Origin: a virus
Taxonomy: Duplodnaviria; Caudoviricetes
Length of the DNA: 39,480 nt
IMG/VR virus record: IMGVR_UViG_3300012890_000003
Coordinates: 1 to 39,480 of that record
Reading direction: 5' to 3' (one strand)
The position numbers and the translations under genes are program-made. The notes beneath the pieces were generated by a model. The model had not been told where the DNA came from, did not search any database, and saw only the letters and a program-made list of their open reading frames with translations. How positions within the stretch are numbered: the first letter of the stretch is position 1; every line of letters starts with the position of its first letter. Positions 1 to 7,286 of this stretch are shown piece by piece.

Positions 1-123
1 CAAGTACGCCAGCGCGGGCGGTATTCCCTGCTACGAAAATGCCCCCACCAACCGGGCGCTTAAGGAAATTGGGGCCGTGCTAGGCTGGCCGCTCGAAGTG
101 ACGCACCACGCAGCCCGGCGCAC
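1..123. repeat. Terminal overlap, left copy (circular assembly redundancy)
   Basis: Bases 1-123 are identical to 39358-39480, and the integrase reading frame runs continuously across the join. Confidence 0.97.
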
Positions 124-316
124 GTTCGGTATGTTCCTGCTCAATGAAGACCTGCCGCTCGAAACCGTGTCGGCGGTGCTCGGCCACAAGAATATGCGCA
201 CCACGCAGAAATATTACGCCCGCTTCATCGAGCGCCGCAAGATTGAGCGGGATTTTGCCGCGCTGCGCGCGCGGATGGAGGCACGGAACAAGCCGGATGA
301 GGAGCAGGCAGCCTAA
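1..316 (+). CDS. int: Tyrosine integrase, C-terminal part (continues from 38375)
   Basis: Frame from base 2 reads KYASAGGIPCYENAPTNRALKEIG...THHAARRTFG...VSAVLGHKNMRTTQKYYARF, giving the HxxR, LGH and catalytic Tyr motifs. Confidence 0.95.
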   Translation, partial: KYASAGGIPCYENAPTNRALKEIGAVLGWPLEVTHHAARRTFGMFLLNEDLPLETVSAVLGHKNMRTTQKYYARFIERRKIERDFAALRARMEARNKPDEEQAA

Positions 317-325
317 TTTTGCGCT

Positions 326-532
326 ATGCCTACTACCCAAACCCTCACTTTCGTCGGCGATACTGGCCACCACTATTTCGATGGCTACGCCGGCTTTCGC
401 ATTGGCCAGGCCTACACGCTCACCTACGAGCAGGAAGGTGACGAGGTAGTAATACAGCTGCCGCACGCGCCTGGCCGGACTACTAGGATGAGCACGGCAG
501 ATTTCGCCAAGTGCTTTCGCAAATCTGCTTAG
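326..532 (+). CDS. Hypothetical protein, 68 aa
   Basis: ATG ORF directly after int; TAATTTTG (Bacteroidota -7 consensus TAnnTTTG) at 314-321 just upstream. Confidence 0.7.
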   Translation: MPTTQTLTFVGDTGHHYFDGYAGFRIGQAYTLTYEQEGDEVVIQLPHAPGRTTRMSTADFAKCFRKSA

Positions 533-568
533 TACTACTTATCTTAGTAGAAACTTCGATTTTCTACC

Positions 569-772
569 ATGAGCACGCAAAAAGAATGGGAAGAGCAGCC
601 GACCTATGAGGAAGTAGCGGATGCGGAATTTGAGCAGGGCCCTGACCCTGAGTACGACGAGGCCAGCCAAGCCGAGTACGACGAAGCCAGCCAGCGCGAC
701 TTTGGCGATGACGTAAGCGACCCTGACGCGCCCGAGGCCAGCCAGGAGTGGTACGCCAGAAAGCAGAAATAA
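569..772 (+). CDS. Highly acidic 67-aa protein with tandem EYDEASQ repeat
   Basis: ATG ORF with 22 of 67 residues D/E; 24-bp-period duplication at 650-694; followed by a terminator hairpin. Confidence 0.7.
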   Translation: MSTQKEWEEQPTYEEVADAEFEQGPDPEYDEASQAEYDEASQRDFGDDVSDPDAPEASQEWYARKQK

Positions 773-811
773 AAAGAGCCCCGGCTGGTTAGTCGGGGCT
801 CTTTTTATTTC
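766..811. terminator. Bidirectional intrinsic terminator hairpin, copy 1
   Basis: GAAATAAAAAGAGCCCCGGCT-GGTT-AGTCGGGGCTCTTTTTATTTC, with A/T tracts on both sides. Confidence 0.85.
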
Positions 812-991
812 CAAGAGCACGTCGTTCGATTTTTGGGCCTCATGAGTGAATTTTTGGTGACACCTAATAATCTATTGTGGGACTGCTGCTTATGATGATT
901 AATTATCAGAAAAGCTGTGAAAATCATTGCGCCTATCCTGTAGGTTACTTAGCCTAGTTGTAACTTGGTGTTTCACAAACTCCAACAACTC

Positions 992-1738
992 ATGCAAGAG
1001 TTAATCATCAAAAACTATAATGGCTTTGCCATTGAGTTCGAGCTTATTGATGGCCAACTTATGGCCAATGCTACCGCTATGTGTGCGCCCTTTGGCAAAA
1101 AGCCATATGAGTGGTTACGCTCAGTATCTGGTGCGCGTTATGTGGCTGCGTTAGAAGCAAAGGGTAAAATCCCCGCTTTGGTCGAAACACGTCAAGGTGG
1201 CTCTAATCCAGGCACTTGGATAAATGAGCGCCTTATTCTCAAGATGGCCCAGTGGCTAGATGTAGACTTTGAGATTCAGTGTGATGAATGGATAGCAGAG
1301 CTTTTACGTACTGGGAAAGTCGAGTTAAAAGTATTGACACCAGCTGAACTGCTATTAAAGCAATGTCAGCAACTCGTAGAGCATGAACGACGGGTACACG
1401 ACTTGGAAGTAAAGCAAGAAGCCGACCACCAGCAAATTGGTATGCTAGGTGAGCAGGTAGCCGAGGTTGCAGCAAAGCAAACAACTATCGACAGCAAATA
1501 CTATGCGATATCAGGTTATGCCAACTTAGTTAAAGTTAGACTGCCAGCATCAGCGGCTACCACCTATGGTAAGCTTGCGGCTCAATTAAGTCGTTCCCAG
1601 GGATACACAGTGGGAAAAGTATTTGATGGCAAATACGGAGAGGTAAACAGTTATCACACTGAAATCTTGAAACAAGTATTTGCAACGCCTATTCCGCCAA
1701 GTCAACTAAATCAAAAACGCCCTGCCGCTCGTCGTTAA
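992..1738 (+). CDS. KilA-N domain antirepressor-like protein
   Basis: NATAMCAPFGKKPYEWLRS...GTWINERLILKMAQWLDVDFEIQCDEWI is KilA-N-like, followed by a coiled coil and an antirepressor-type C-terminus (GKVFDGKYGEVNSY); AT-rich relative to the genome. Confidence 0.88.
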   Translation: MQELIIKNYNGFAIEFELIDGQLMANATAMCAPFGKKPYEWLRSVSGARYVAALEAKGKIPALVETRQGGSNPGTWINERLILKMAQWLDVDFEIQCDEWIAELLRTGKVELKVLTPAELLLKQCQQLVEHERRVHDLEVKQEADHQQIGMLGEQVAEVAAKQTTIDSKYYAISGYANLVKVRLPASAATTYGKLAAQLSRSQGYTVGKVFDGKYGEVNSYHTEILKQVFATPIPPSQLNQKRPAARR

Positions 1739-1742
1739 AGAC

Positions 1743-1777
1743 AAAAAAGCCCCATTCTAGCCTAGCCAGAATGGGGC
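1743..1777 (-). terminator. Intrinsic terminator with U-tract on the minus strand
   Basis: Stem GCCCCATTCT/AGAATGGGGC preceded by A6 on the plus strand. Confidence 0.8.
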
Positions 1778-1815
1778 ATTGTTCCCAACAGGCCATGCAA
1801 GGAGCCAGAGAACTA
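1743..1815 (-). ncRNA. Putative ~70-nt small RNA
   Basis: Lies between a consensus promoter (1821-1851) and the minus-strand terminator, with no credible ORF in between; a 5' stem GUUCUC/GGGAAC can form. Confidence 0.55.
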
Positions 1816-1820
1816 CTCTG

Positions 1821-1851
1821 CAAAGCTACAACTTAGTTTCTAGCGTTCCAA
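1821..1851 (-). promoter_or_regulatory. Bacteroidota primary-sigma promoter TTG-N20-TAGCTTTG
   Basis: Minus strand reads TTG (1851-1849), a 20-nt spacer, then TAGCTTTG (1828-1821), matching TTG-N19/21-TAnnTTTG. Confidence 0.65.
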
Positions 1852-1857
1852 TGCTAG

Positions 1858-1901
1858 AAACAGAAAGAGCCCCGACCGGTTGGTCGGGGCTCTTTCTGTT
1901 T
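1858..1901. terminator. Bidirectional terminator hairpin, copy 2; ends the late/lysis operon
   Basis: Perfect 20-bp stem AAACAGAAAGAGCCCCGACC-GGTT-GGTCGGGGCTCTTTCTGTTT, immediately after the stop at 1903. Confidence 0.88.
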
Positions 1902-1902
1902 A

Positions 1903-2292
1903 TCATTTACCAATCACCAACCACCCGCCGCCTGCCACGCACGCCACCCACACCACCACCCGCACCCGCTCGGCTGGCCAGCCCACCCGCAGCGCCACCC
2001 ACTGCAACGCCCGGTCGCTGGCGGCCGTCTGGCCCACGGCGAAAGCATGGTCGCCAGCCGCCAGGTTCAGCACGGGGTCGAAGAGCAGCACCCGGGCCAG
2101 CACGGCCGCCGACCAGGTGCGCGGGGCCAGCGCAAGGGGCGCATAGTAGGCAGCCGTCAGCAGCCAGTGCAGCGCGAAGGCCTGGCGCTTCGCCTCCGCC
2201 CCGGGCTCTGTGCGCCGGATGGCTGGCAGTAGCAGGCCCTGGCCGGTGGCCATCAGCAGCACGGCCGGCAGCCAGTAGAGGTCGGCAATCAT
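1903..2292 (-). CDS. Membrane protein at the end of the lysis cassette
   Basis: 129 aa with several hydrophobic segments; start overlaps the upstream stop (ATGA). Confidence 0.75.
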   Translation of the reverse strand: MIADLYWLPAVLLMATGQGLLLPAIRRTEPGAEAKRQAFALHWLLTAAYYAPLALAPRTWSAAVLARVLLFDPVLNLAAGDHAFAVGQTAASDRALQWVALRVGWPAERVRVVVWVACVAGGGWLVIGK

Positions 2293-2501
2293 AGTTCAGC
2301 CTCGTAGCCTACCTTGGCGAACAGCGGAATGTCAATGGCTCCACCTGCGCGGTAGCCGCTGAATTCTTTCTCGAAATCTTCGTACTCATCAAGGCCACCG
2401 ATACCCAGTAGCTTATCGAAGATGGGCTCTTTGTGTGCGGGAATCACGTATTCGTGCCCGTCGTCGTCACTCTTAATGACGACTTGAATCAGGCCCTCCA
2501 T
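2289..2501 (-). CDS. Hypothetical acidic phage protein, 70 aa
   Basis: Translationally coupled at both ends; lower GC. Confidence 0.75.
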   Translation of the reverse strand: MEGLIQVVIKSDDDGHEYVIPAHKEPIFDKLLGIGGLDEYEDFEKEFSGYRAGGAIDIPLFAKVGYEAEL

Positions 2502-2665
2502 TATCGTACGGGTGCTTTGCGGCTTTGCAGCCAGATGAGTAGAGCCTCCAGCGCGACCAAGCCAAAGAAGATGAGGCCATCAGCCGTGTGGCTTTCGCGG
2601 CCGGTGAGGTAGAGCACGAGCCAGACGAGCACGGCCAGCACAAGAAGTAAGATGCGGTAAAGCAT
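2501..2665 (-). CDS. Small 2-TM protein, holin/antiholin candidate (54 aa, absent from the ORF track)
   Basis: MLYRILLLVLAVLVWLVLYLTGRESHTADGLIFFGLVALEALLIWLQSRKAPVR; two TM helices, basic tail, TAATG coupling to the next gene. Confidence 0.7.
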   Translation of the reverse strand: MLYRILLLVLAVLVWLVLYLTGRESHTADGLIFFGLVALEALLIWLQSRKAPVR

Positions 2666-2678
2666 GGCAGAAAAGATT

Positions 2679-3146
2679 TTAATTGTGAAAAATGAAAAGC
2701 TTAAGCAGTACCACCGCCACGGCCCCGAGCGCCGCCCCGGTGTAGGTATGCGAGTCGAGCAGCAGCGGCGGCTGGGGCGGCGTGGCCAGCGCCTGGCTCG
2801 CTTGCCCGGCCAGCTTTTGAAAGTCGGCCTCGTTGGCGCTGGCCGTGGCGCGCTGGCGGCGCAGCTCCGCGCTGGCGGCGGTGGCTAGCGAGTCGCAGAG
2901 CCGGCCGCTGCGCTCCAACTGGGCAATGCGGTCGGCACGCACCAGCAGCAGCTGGCCAGCGGCGGCTACGTACTGGCGGGTGTGGCGGTAGGTGGCCGTG
3001 TCGAGGCCGACGAGCGGCTGCTGGGCCACGTCGCCGGCGGCCATCTGCACCACCACCGGGCGCAGTGGCGCCACGGCCTGGCTATGGGCGGGGCGGCACA
3101 GCAGGCAGAGCAGGAGCGGCAGGCAGGCGGTGATGGAGCGAGTCAT
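2679..3146 (-). CDS. Spanin-like protein (signal/possible lipoprotein Cys, coiled coil, C-terminal TM)
   Basis: Likely start MTRSITACLPLLLCLLC; Ala-rich coiled coil; C-terminal hydrophobic GAALGAVAVVLLKLFIF; overlaps the 3' end of the i-spanin-like gene. Confidence 0.6.
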   Translation of the reverse strand: MTRSITACLPLLLCLLCRPAHSQAVAPLRPVVVQMAAGDVAQQPLVGLDTATYRHTRQYVAAAGQLLLVRADRIAQLERSGRLCDSLATAASAELRRQRATASANEADFQKLAGQASQALATPPQPPLLLDSHTYTGAALGAVAVVLLKLFIFHN

Positions 3147-3429
3147 CGAGGTGTTTGATTTTGGCGAGGGTGCGGGCCAACTCGCGGCGCTGGCCGGCCT
3201 GGCTGTAAAAAGCGCTGTCGAAATTGCTGCGGTGCCGGGCCTCCCCGGCGGCGCGGGTAGTGTGGGCGCGCACGGTGGCCTTAGTGGCTTTGGCCAGGCG
3301 CCGGTGGGCCCACCAGGTGCTGGCATAGTCGCTGGCCTGGGTGAGCAGCAGCACGGCGAAGATGATGGCCAGGGCGAAGGCTACCCAGCGCCATTTGCTG
3401 GCCAGGAAGGCGGTAAGCAGGCTTACCAT
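3082..3429 (-). CDS. Inner-membrane spanin-like protein
   Basis: N-terminal TM, helical periplasmic part and Pro-rich end; directly after the endolysin. Confidence 0.6.
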   Translation of the reverse strand: MVSLLTAFLASKWRWVAFALAIIFAVLLLTQASDYASTWWAHRRLAKATKATVRAHTTRAAGEARHRSNFDSAFYSQAGQRRELARTLAKIKHLDDSLHHRLPAAPALPAVPPRP

Positions 3430-4394
3430 GTGGCGGCGGCGTAAAGGCTTTCGGCGCTGTAGGTCACGTCATGCACGCCTGCCCCCTCACGCCCGCCGCC
3501 GCTGCCAGTATTACCCGCCCGCACCAAGTAGGTGCGCGGTGGCCGGCCTGCCCGCAGTGGCCGGCCGGTGGCCACCACCATGCCCACGTGCCCGACCCGG
3601 CCCAGATTACTGTAGAAAAACGTCACCGTGTCGGCAATACGCAGGCTGTCGAGCTGGCCGCGCTGGCCGCGGATGTAAAACGTGCGGGCACTGCTGGGCT
3701 TGGTCCAGTTGGCGGCGGCAGCCGGCCAGGCGGGGCAAGCCCGGCCGGCCTTCACATTCCACCAATTGCGCTCACAGCCGCACCAGGGGTCGATGCCCAC
3801 GCGGGCGCCGGCCAGCCGCTGGGCTGCCTCCACCTCTACGCCATCGTTGCGGCCGGTGGCTTCGCGAACCCGCAGGCGGCTGGCGCTCACGGCTAGCAGC
3901 TTGGCCGTACCCGGGCGCGGGGCCTGGGCCTGGGCGGGGCTGGCCAGCAGCACGAGCACGAGACAGTTGATGAGCGCGGCGGCCAGGATGCTGATGGCGA
4001 TGCGGAAAGCGGCGCGGTTGTCTACGCGAGATGCTTCGGCAAGCTGCTCATCAGGACGCCGGCTGTTGAAAATGTTGGTGTAGGCCGATGCTTTCCACCG
4101 CGCCACGGCCGGGTGGGTGAGCTTCTGCATCAGCCAGGGTAAAATGCTGCTGAGCACGAAAAAGGCGGCGGCCATGATGAGCTTGCCCGTGGCCCTGCCC
4201 ACGCTGGGCCAGCCGCTGAGCTGCGCCTCGGCCCACACCTCGGCCGGGCTGGCGGCGTCGGGCGTGGCCAGCGTGCTCAGCCCCCGCAGGTGTACGGCCA
4301 GCCAGTAAAGGCAGTCGTAGGCAATAGGCTGGCTGAAAACGAACAAGAAGCCGAGGGCGATAAAAATGAGGTAGGGAGCGAGTTTACGCAACAT
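3423..4394 (-). CDS. Membrane-anchored CHAP-type endolysin
   Basis: C-terminal VREATGRNDG...PWCG...GHVGMV...AGNT is CHAP-like (Cys/His); the N-terminal half has three hydrophobic helices, the last ending in AQA-Q. Confidence 0.8.
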   Translation of the reverse strand: MLRKLAPYLIFIALGFLFVFSQPIAYDCLYWLAVHLRGLSTLATPDAASPAEVWAEAQLSGWPSVGRATGKLIMAAAFFVLSSILPWLMQKLTHPAVARWKASAYTNIFNSRRPDEQLAEASRVDNRAAFRIAISILAAALINCLVLVLLASPAQAQAPRPGTAKLLAVSASRLRVREATGRNDGVEVEAAQRLAGARVGIDPWCGCERNWWNVKAGRACPAWPAAAANWTKPSSARTFYIRGQRGQLDSLRIADTVTFFYSNLGRVGHVGMVVATGRPLRAGRPPRTYLVRAGNTGSGGGREGAGVHDVTYSAESLYAAATW

Positions 4395-4400
4395 GGTTTT

Positions 4401-4417
4401 TGCAGAAAAAAGGTGAG
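4401..4417 (-). promoter_or_regulatory. Conserved late leader motif CTCACCTTTTTTCTGCA (endolysin)
   Basis: Identical 17-mer at 15327-15343 and 18877-18893; 6 nt before the ATG. Confidence 0.7.
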
Positions 4418-4427
4418 GGTGAAAAGC

Positions 4428-5198
4428 TTACATGGAATAGCTTAGCTCGCGGGCGTAGGTGAGCAGCAGCTGCTCCAGGGGCGCATCGATGGCGCGGGTA
4501 GGTCCGTGGTGGCTGGCGGGCAGGCTGCTGGCCTGGTCGGGGCGGTAGACCTCGCACTTGCGCCAGCTTACCACGAACATGCCGATGACGCCCGTTTCGG
4601 CCCCGTTCGACTTCAGGGGCCGCCGCAGGAACACGGCCACGCTCGACGTGTAGTCGCGCTCGCTCATCATCTTGTTCACCTTCCAGTCGTCGCAGCGCCC
4701 GCGCCAGAGCAGCAGGTAATGCTGGCTTTCGAGCGCCAGCACCAGGCGCGGAATGTCGGAGGCGAATACCATGCGCTCCACATCCATGTAGCGCGGGTCG
4801 CCGGGCTGGCTGGCCTCAGCTTGCATGACGAACTTGTCGATGCCCTCCCCCGAGCGCAGGTACTCGCCGTTCTGGCAGCCGTAGACGCTTACGTGGTCGC
4901 AATCCAGCTCCAGGCGCAGGCGCTCCGCGGCTTGCTCCAGAATAATGGCCTTCTGCGCCTTGCGCGTGAGGTCGGCGGCGCTGGCCGGCTCCTTGCTGCT
5001 GCGCTTGATGCGCTCCACAAACGACTCGATGAGCTTGGTGAGCAGAAATTGAAACGGCTCCTTGAGCAGCCAGGCCAGCACCGCCAGCACGGCCAGCGCC
5101 AGAATGACGTGCAGCGGCAGGCTTTCCGCCCAGCGCAGAAACCACGGGGCGGGGGCATACTTAGACGGGGCGGTTTGCAGCAGCAGGGTTAGGAGCAC
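4428..5198 (-). CDS. Single-TM protein with GAF-like domain, putative holin
   Basis: N-terminal TM; LRLELDCDHVSVY...SSVAVFL...VIGMFVVSW fits the GAF-fold pattern; first gene of the lysis cassette. Confidence 0.6.
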   Translation of the reverse strand: MLLTLLLQTAPSKYAPAPWFLRWAESLPLHVILALAVLAVLAWLLKEPFQFLLTKLIESFVERIKRSSKEPASAADLTRKAQKAIILEQAAERLRLELDCDHVSVYGCQNGEYLRSGEGIDKFVMQAEASQPGDPRYMDVERMVFASDIPRLVLALESQHYLLLWRGRCDDWKVNKMMSERDYTSSVAVFLRRPLKSNGAETGVIGMFVVSWRKCEVYRPDQASSLPASHHGPTRAIDAPLEQLLLTYARELSYSM

Positions 5199-5223
5199 GT
5201 CGGTAAAGGGTTAGTAGCGGTGG

Positions 5224-7224
5224 CTAGTAAGGGATGGCGGCCGCGGCCTTTAGCATATCGGCCTGTTGCAGGAAGGGCGCTTCGTCGCCGTTGAAGCGCA
5301 CCACGTAATCGGTGAAAGTGAGGTCCGCATCCTGCAAGCCGGGGTCGAAGGAGTAGCCTCCGATGCCCAGGGCTACCGGCGTGTCGGACAGCGTGTTGGT
5401 CAGCGGGTAGGGGGCCGTGAAGGTGCCGTTGTTGAAGGTGCGCACGTTCGTGCCATCGTAGAGCGAGCCCAGCACATGGAACCCGCTGCTCAAATCCACC
5501 ACCGGCGTGTTGCCGTCGAACGCCTGCCCGTTGTGCGTGGTGAGCTTGCCGTTGAATAGCAGCAGGTCGAGACAGTGGCCGGGGTTGTTGTCGTTGGTCA
5601 CGAGGCCGGCAATGTTGTAGTTCTGGTCGGCGTTGTTCGACTTGCAGGCCACGAGCAGGGCGCAGGGGTTGTTGCCCATCACCGAGCCGTTGAGCGTCGA
5701 AACCAGGCTCGCCCCGTTCAGGCGCACGGTCTGCTTGCCGTTGTTGCCGTTCGGAATCAGCTGCGGGGTGCCCGTGGCCGCCACGAGCTTGGCCCCGCTA
5801 CCCGCGTGGTCGAGGATGCTGAACACGCCGTTGCCATCAATCACCGCGTCTTCAGCGCGGAACCAAAACCGTGTGTAGGGCAGAATGCCCGACCCGCCCC
5901 CGCCAGCGGGCGTAAAGGGCACCTGGTGGGCCACCGCTACCTGCCCGAGCGTCACGCGCTCCAGAGCCGCCATGCGGCCGTAAAATGCCTTGTTCGGGTG
6001 AATGCCATCCGCCGAGTCGGAAAGCGTATTAAAGCCCAGCCCATCGTAATCGTCCACGCCCGCGCAGCCCCAGTCGCTGACGGCCTTGGCTTTTATCCCG
6101 GCGTTGACAGCCTGCCGCTTGGCTTCCTGCGCGGCGGGTAAGTCCCGAATAGGCAGAATGGTGCCGGCGGCCGTGACAAAGCCCGCCGTGTGCAGGCCCT
6201 GGTGCAGCTGCTGGAGGCTCAGCAGAATCTCATCGGCCGAGGCGTAGGTGTTGTAGAGCAGGTCATTCGTGCCGCCCAGTACGGCGGCAAAATTCACGTC
6301 GTAGCTGGCATCGTAGAGCGGGTAGAGGAAGGTGCTGGCGTCGTCGCGCATGGCGCTGACCTGCTTGCCGGATACCCCTTTGTTGGTCAGCTTGTAATTA
6401 GTGGCGGGTAGGGTGGCCTGCTCCTGCGCCGGGTAGCTATCCGTGTCCTGGTTGGGGTCGGTGCCGATGCCGAAGGTGATGCTGTCGCCCACCGGTACCC
6501 AGTTCATGCGCCGCGTGCGCGCCGCCAGAAGCTCATTGCTGGCAGGGGCGCCCGCCGGGTGGCTGGCCGTGGCCTTGACGCGGAATTGCAGCTCGCCGGC
6601 CGCGTGCTGATTGTCATCGACCTGTACCCCGCCGGCGGGGTAGGCCACGTAGCTGCCGGTGCCCTGCTTATACTCAAAATCGCTGTCGGCATAGCCTGCG
6701 AGCACGGCTACGAGCTTGCGGGCGGCGGTGAAGGTGAGCGTCGGGGCGGCGGGCGTCGGGAGCGCAACTGCGGCGGTCACGGCCACGAACTTGGCGGGCT
6801 GGAGCCCGCGGCCACTGGCCCCAAACGTGCCGTCGGTCCACACCCGTAGCGGCCCCGCGCTGTCGTACACCACGCGGTACACGTTCACGCCATCCGGGTC
6901 GGTATTAGCCCAGATTTGCGTGCCCAGGGCCATCGTGTCGCCCTTCAGCTCCGCCATGACCTGGGCGTTGTACAAAGCGGGGTAGAGCTGCTGCTGCTCG
7001 GCGCGGGTGCGAAACTCCACGCTCTTATAGAGTGATGGCAGGTCGTTGGCGTTGAGGCCCAGCGTGGCCAGGAAGGCGGCCAACTGCTCCACCGTCAGCT
7101 TTTTATTCTGGAGGCTGCCGCCGGGTCCCGTTTTGGTTTCGACCTCCATCAGCCCCCCGGGCAATTCCGTCTTAGGAGTTGCCACCGCGGGGAGGTCGGA
7201 GATATAGAATGCCTGCGTTGCCAT
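5224..7224 (-). CDS. Tail spike/receptor-binding protein with SGNH esterase and LamG/ConA-like domains
   Basis: SGNH blocks GDSIT, KGVSG, LGGTND and DGIHP; beta-rich C-terminus (WFRAED...FHVLGSLYDGTNVRTFNNG). Confidence 0.82.
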   Translation of the reverse strand: MATQAFYISDLPAVATPKTELPGGLMEVETKTGPGGSLQNKKLTVEQLAAFLATLGLNANDLPSLYKSVEFRTRAEQQQLYPALYNAQVMAELKGDTMALGTQIWANTDPDGVNVYRVVYDSAGPLRVWTDGTFGASGRGLQPAKFVAVTAAVALPTPAAPTLTFTAARKLVAVLAGYADSDFEYKQGTGSYVAYPAGGVQVDDNQHAAGELQFRVKATASHPAGAPASNELLAARTRRMNWVPVGDSITFGIGTDPNQDTDSYPAQEQATLPATNYKLTNKGVSGKQVSAMRDDASTFLYPLYDASYDVNFAAVLGGTNDLLYNTYASADEILLSLQQLHQGLHTAGFVTAAGTILPIRDLPAAQEAKRQAVNAGIKAKAVSDWGCAGVDDYDGLGFNTLSDSADGIHPNKAFYGRMAALERVTLGQVAVAHQVPFTPAGGGGSGILPYTRFWFRAEDAVIDGNGVFSILDHAGSGAKLVAATGTPQLIPNGNNGKQTVRLNGASLVSTLNGSVMGNNPCALLVACKSNNADQNYNIAGLVTNDNNPGHCLDLLLFNGKLTTHNGQAFDGNTPVVDLSSGFHVLGSLYDGTNVRTFNNGTFTAPYPLTNTLSDTPVALGIGGYSFDPGLQDADLTFTDYVVRFNGDEAPFLQQADMLKAAAAIPY

Positions 7225-7228
7225 GCCC

Positions 7229-7282
7229 CGAAGTTCCGGCCACCCCCCGCCCGCCGGGGTGGGTTGGCGGGGAAAAGCGGGA
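7229..7282 (-). promoter_or_regulatory. Putative late promoter 3
   Basis: TCCCGCTTTTCCCCGCC-N29-GAACTTCG, 4 nt before the ATG at 7224. Confidence 0.78.
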
Positions 7283-7286
7283 CAGC

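Noticed and set aside
650-694. CRISPR-like or DGR repeats
   Set aside because: Only a two-copy in-frame coding duplication; no spacer array, reverse transcriptase or template/variable repeat pair was seen in the window.
4987-4996. 10-nt complementarity between the putative sRNA (GGCUCCUUGC) and the GAF-holin mRNA
   Set aside because: A 10-nt match somewhere in 39 kb is expected by chance given the many possible seeds.
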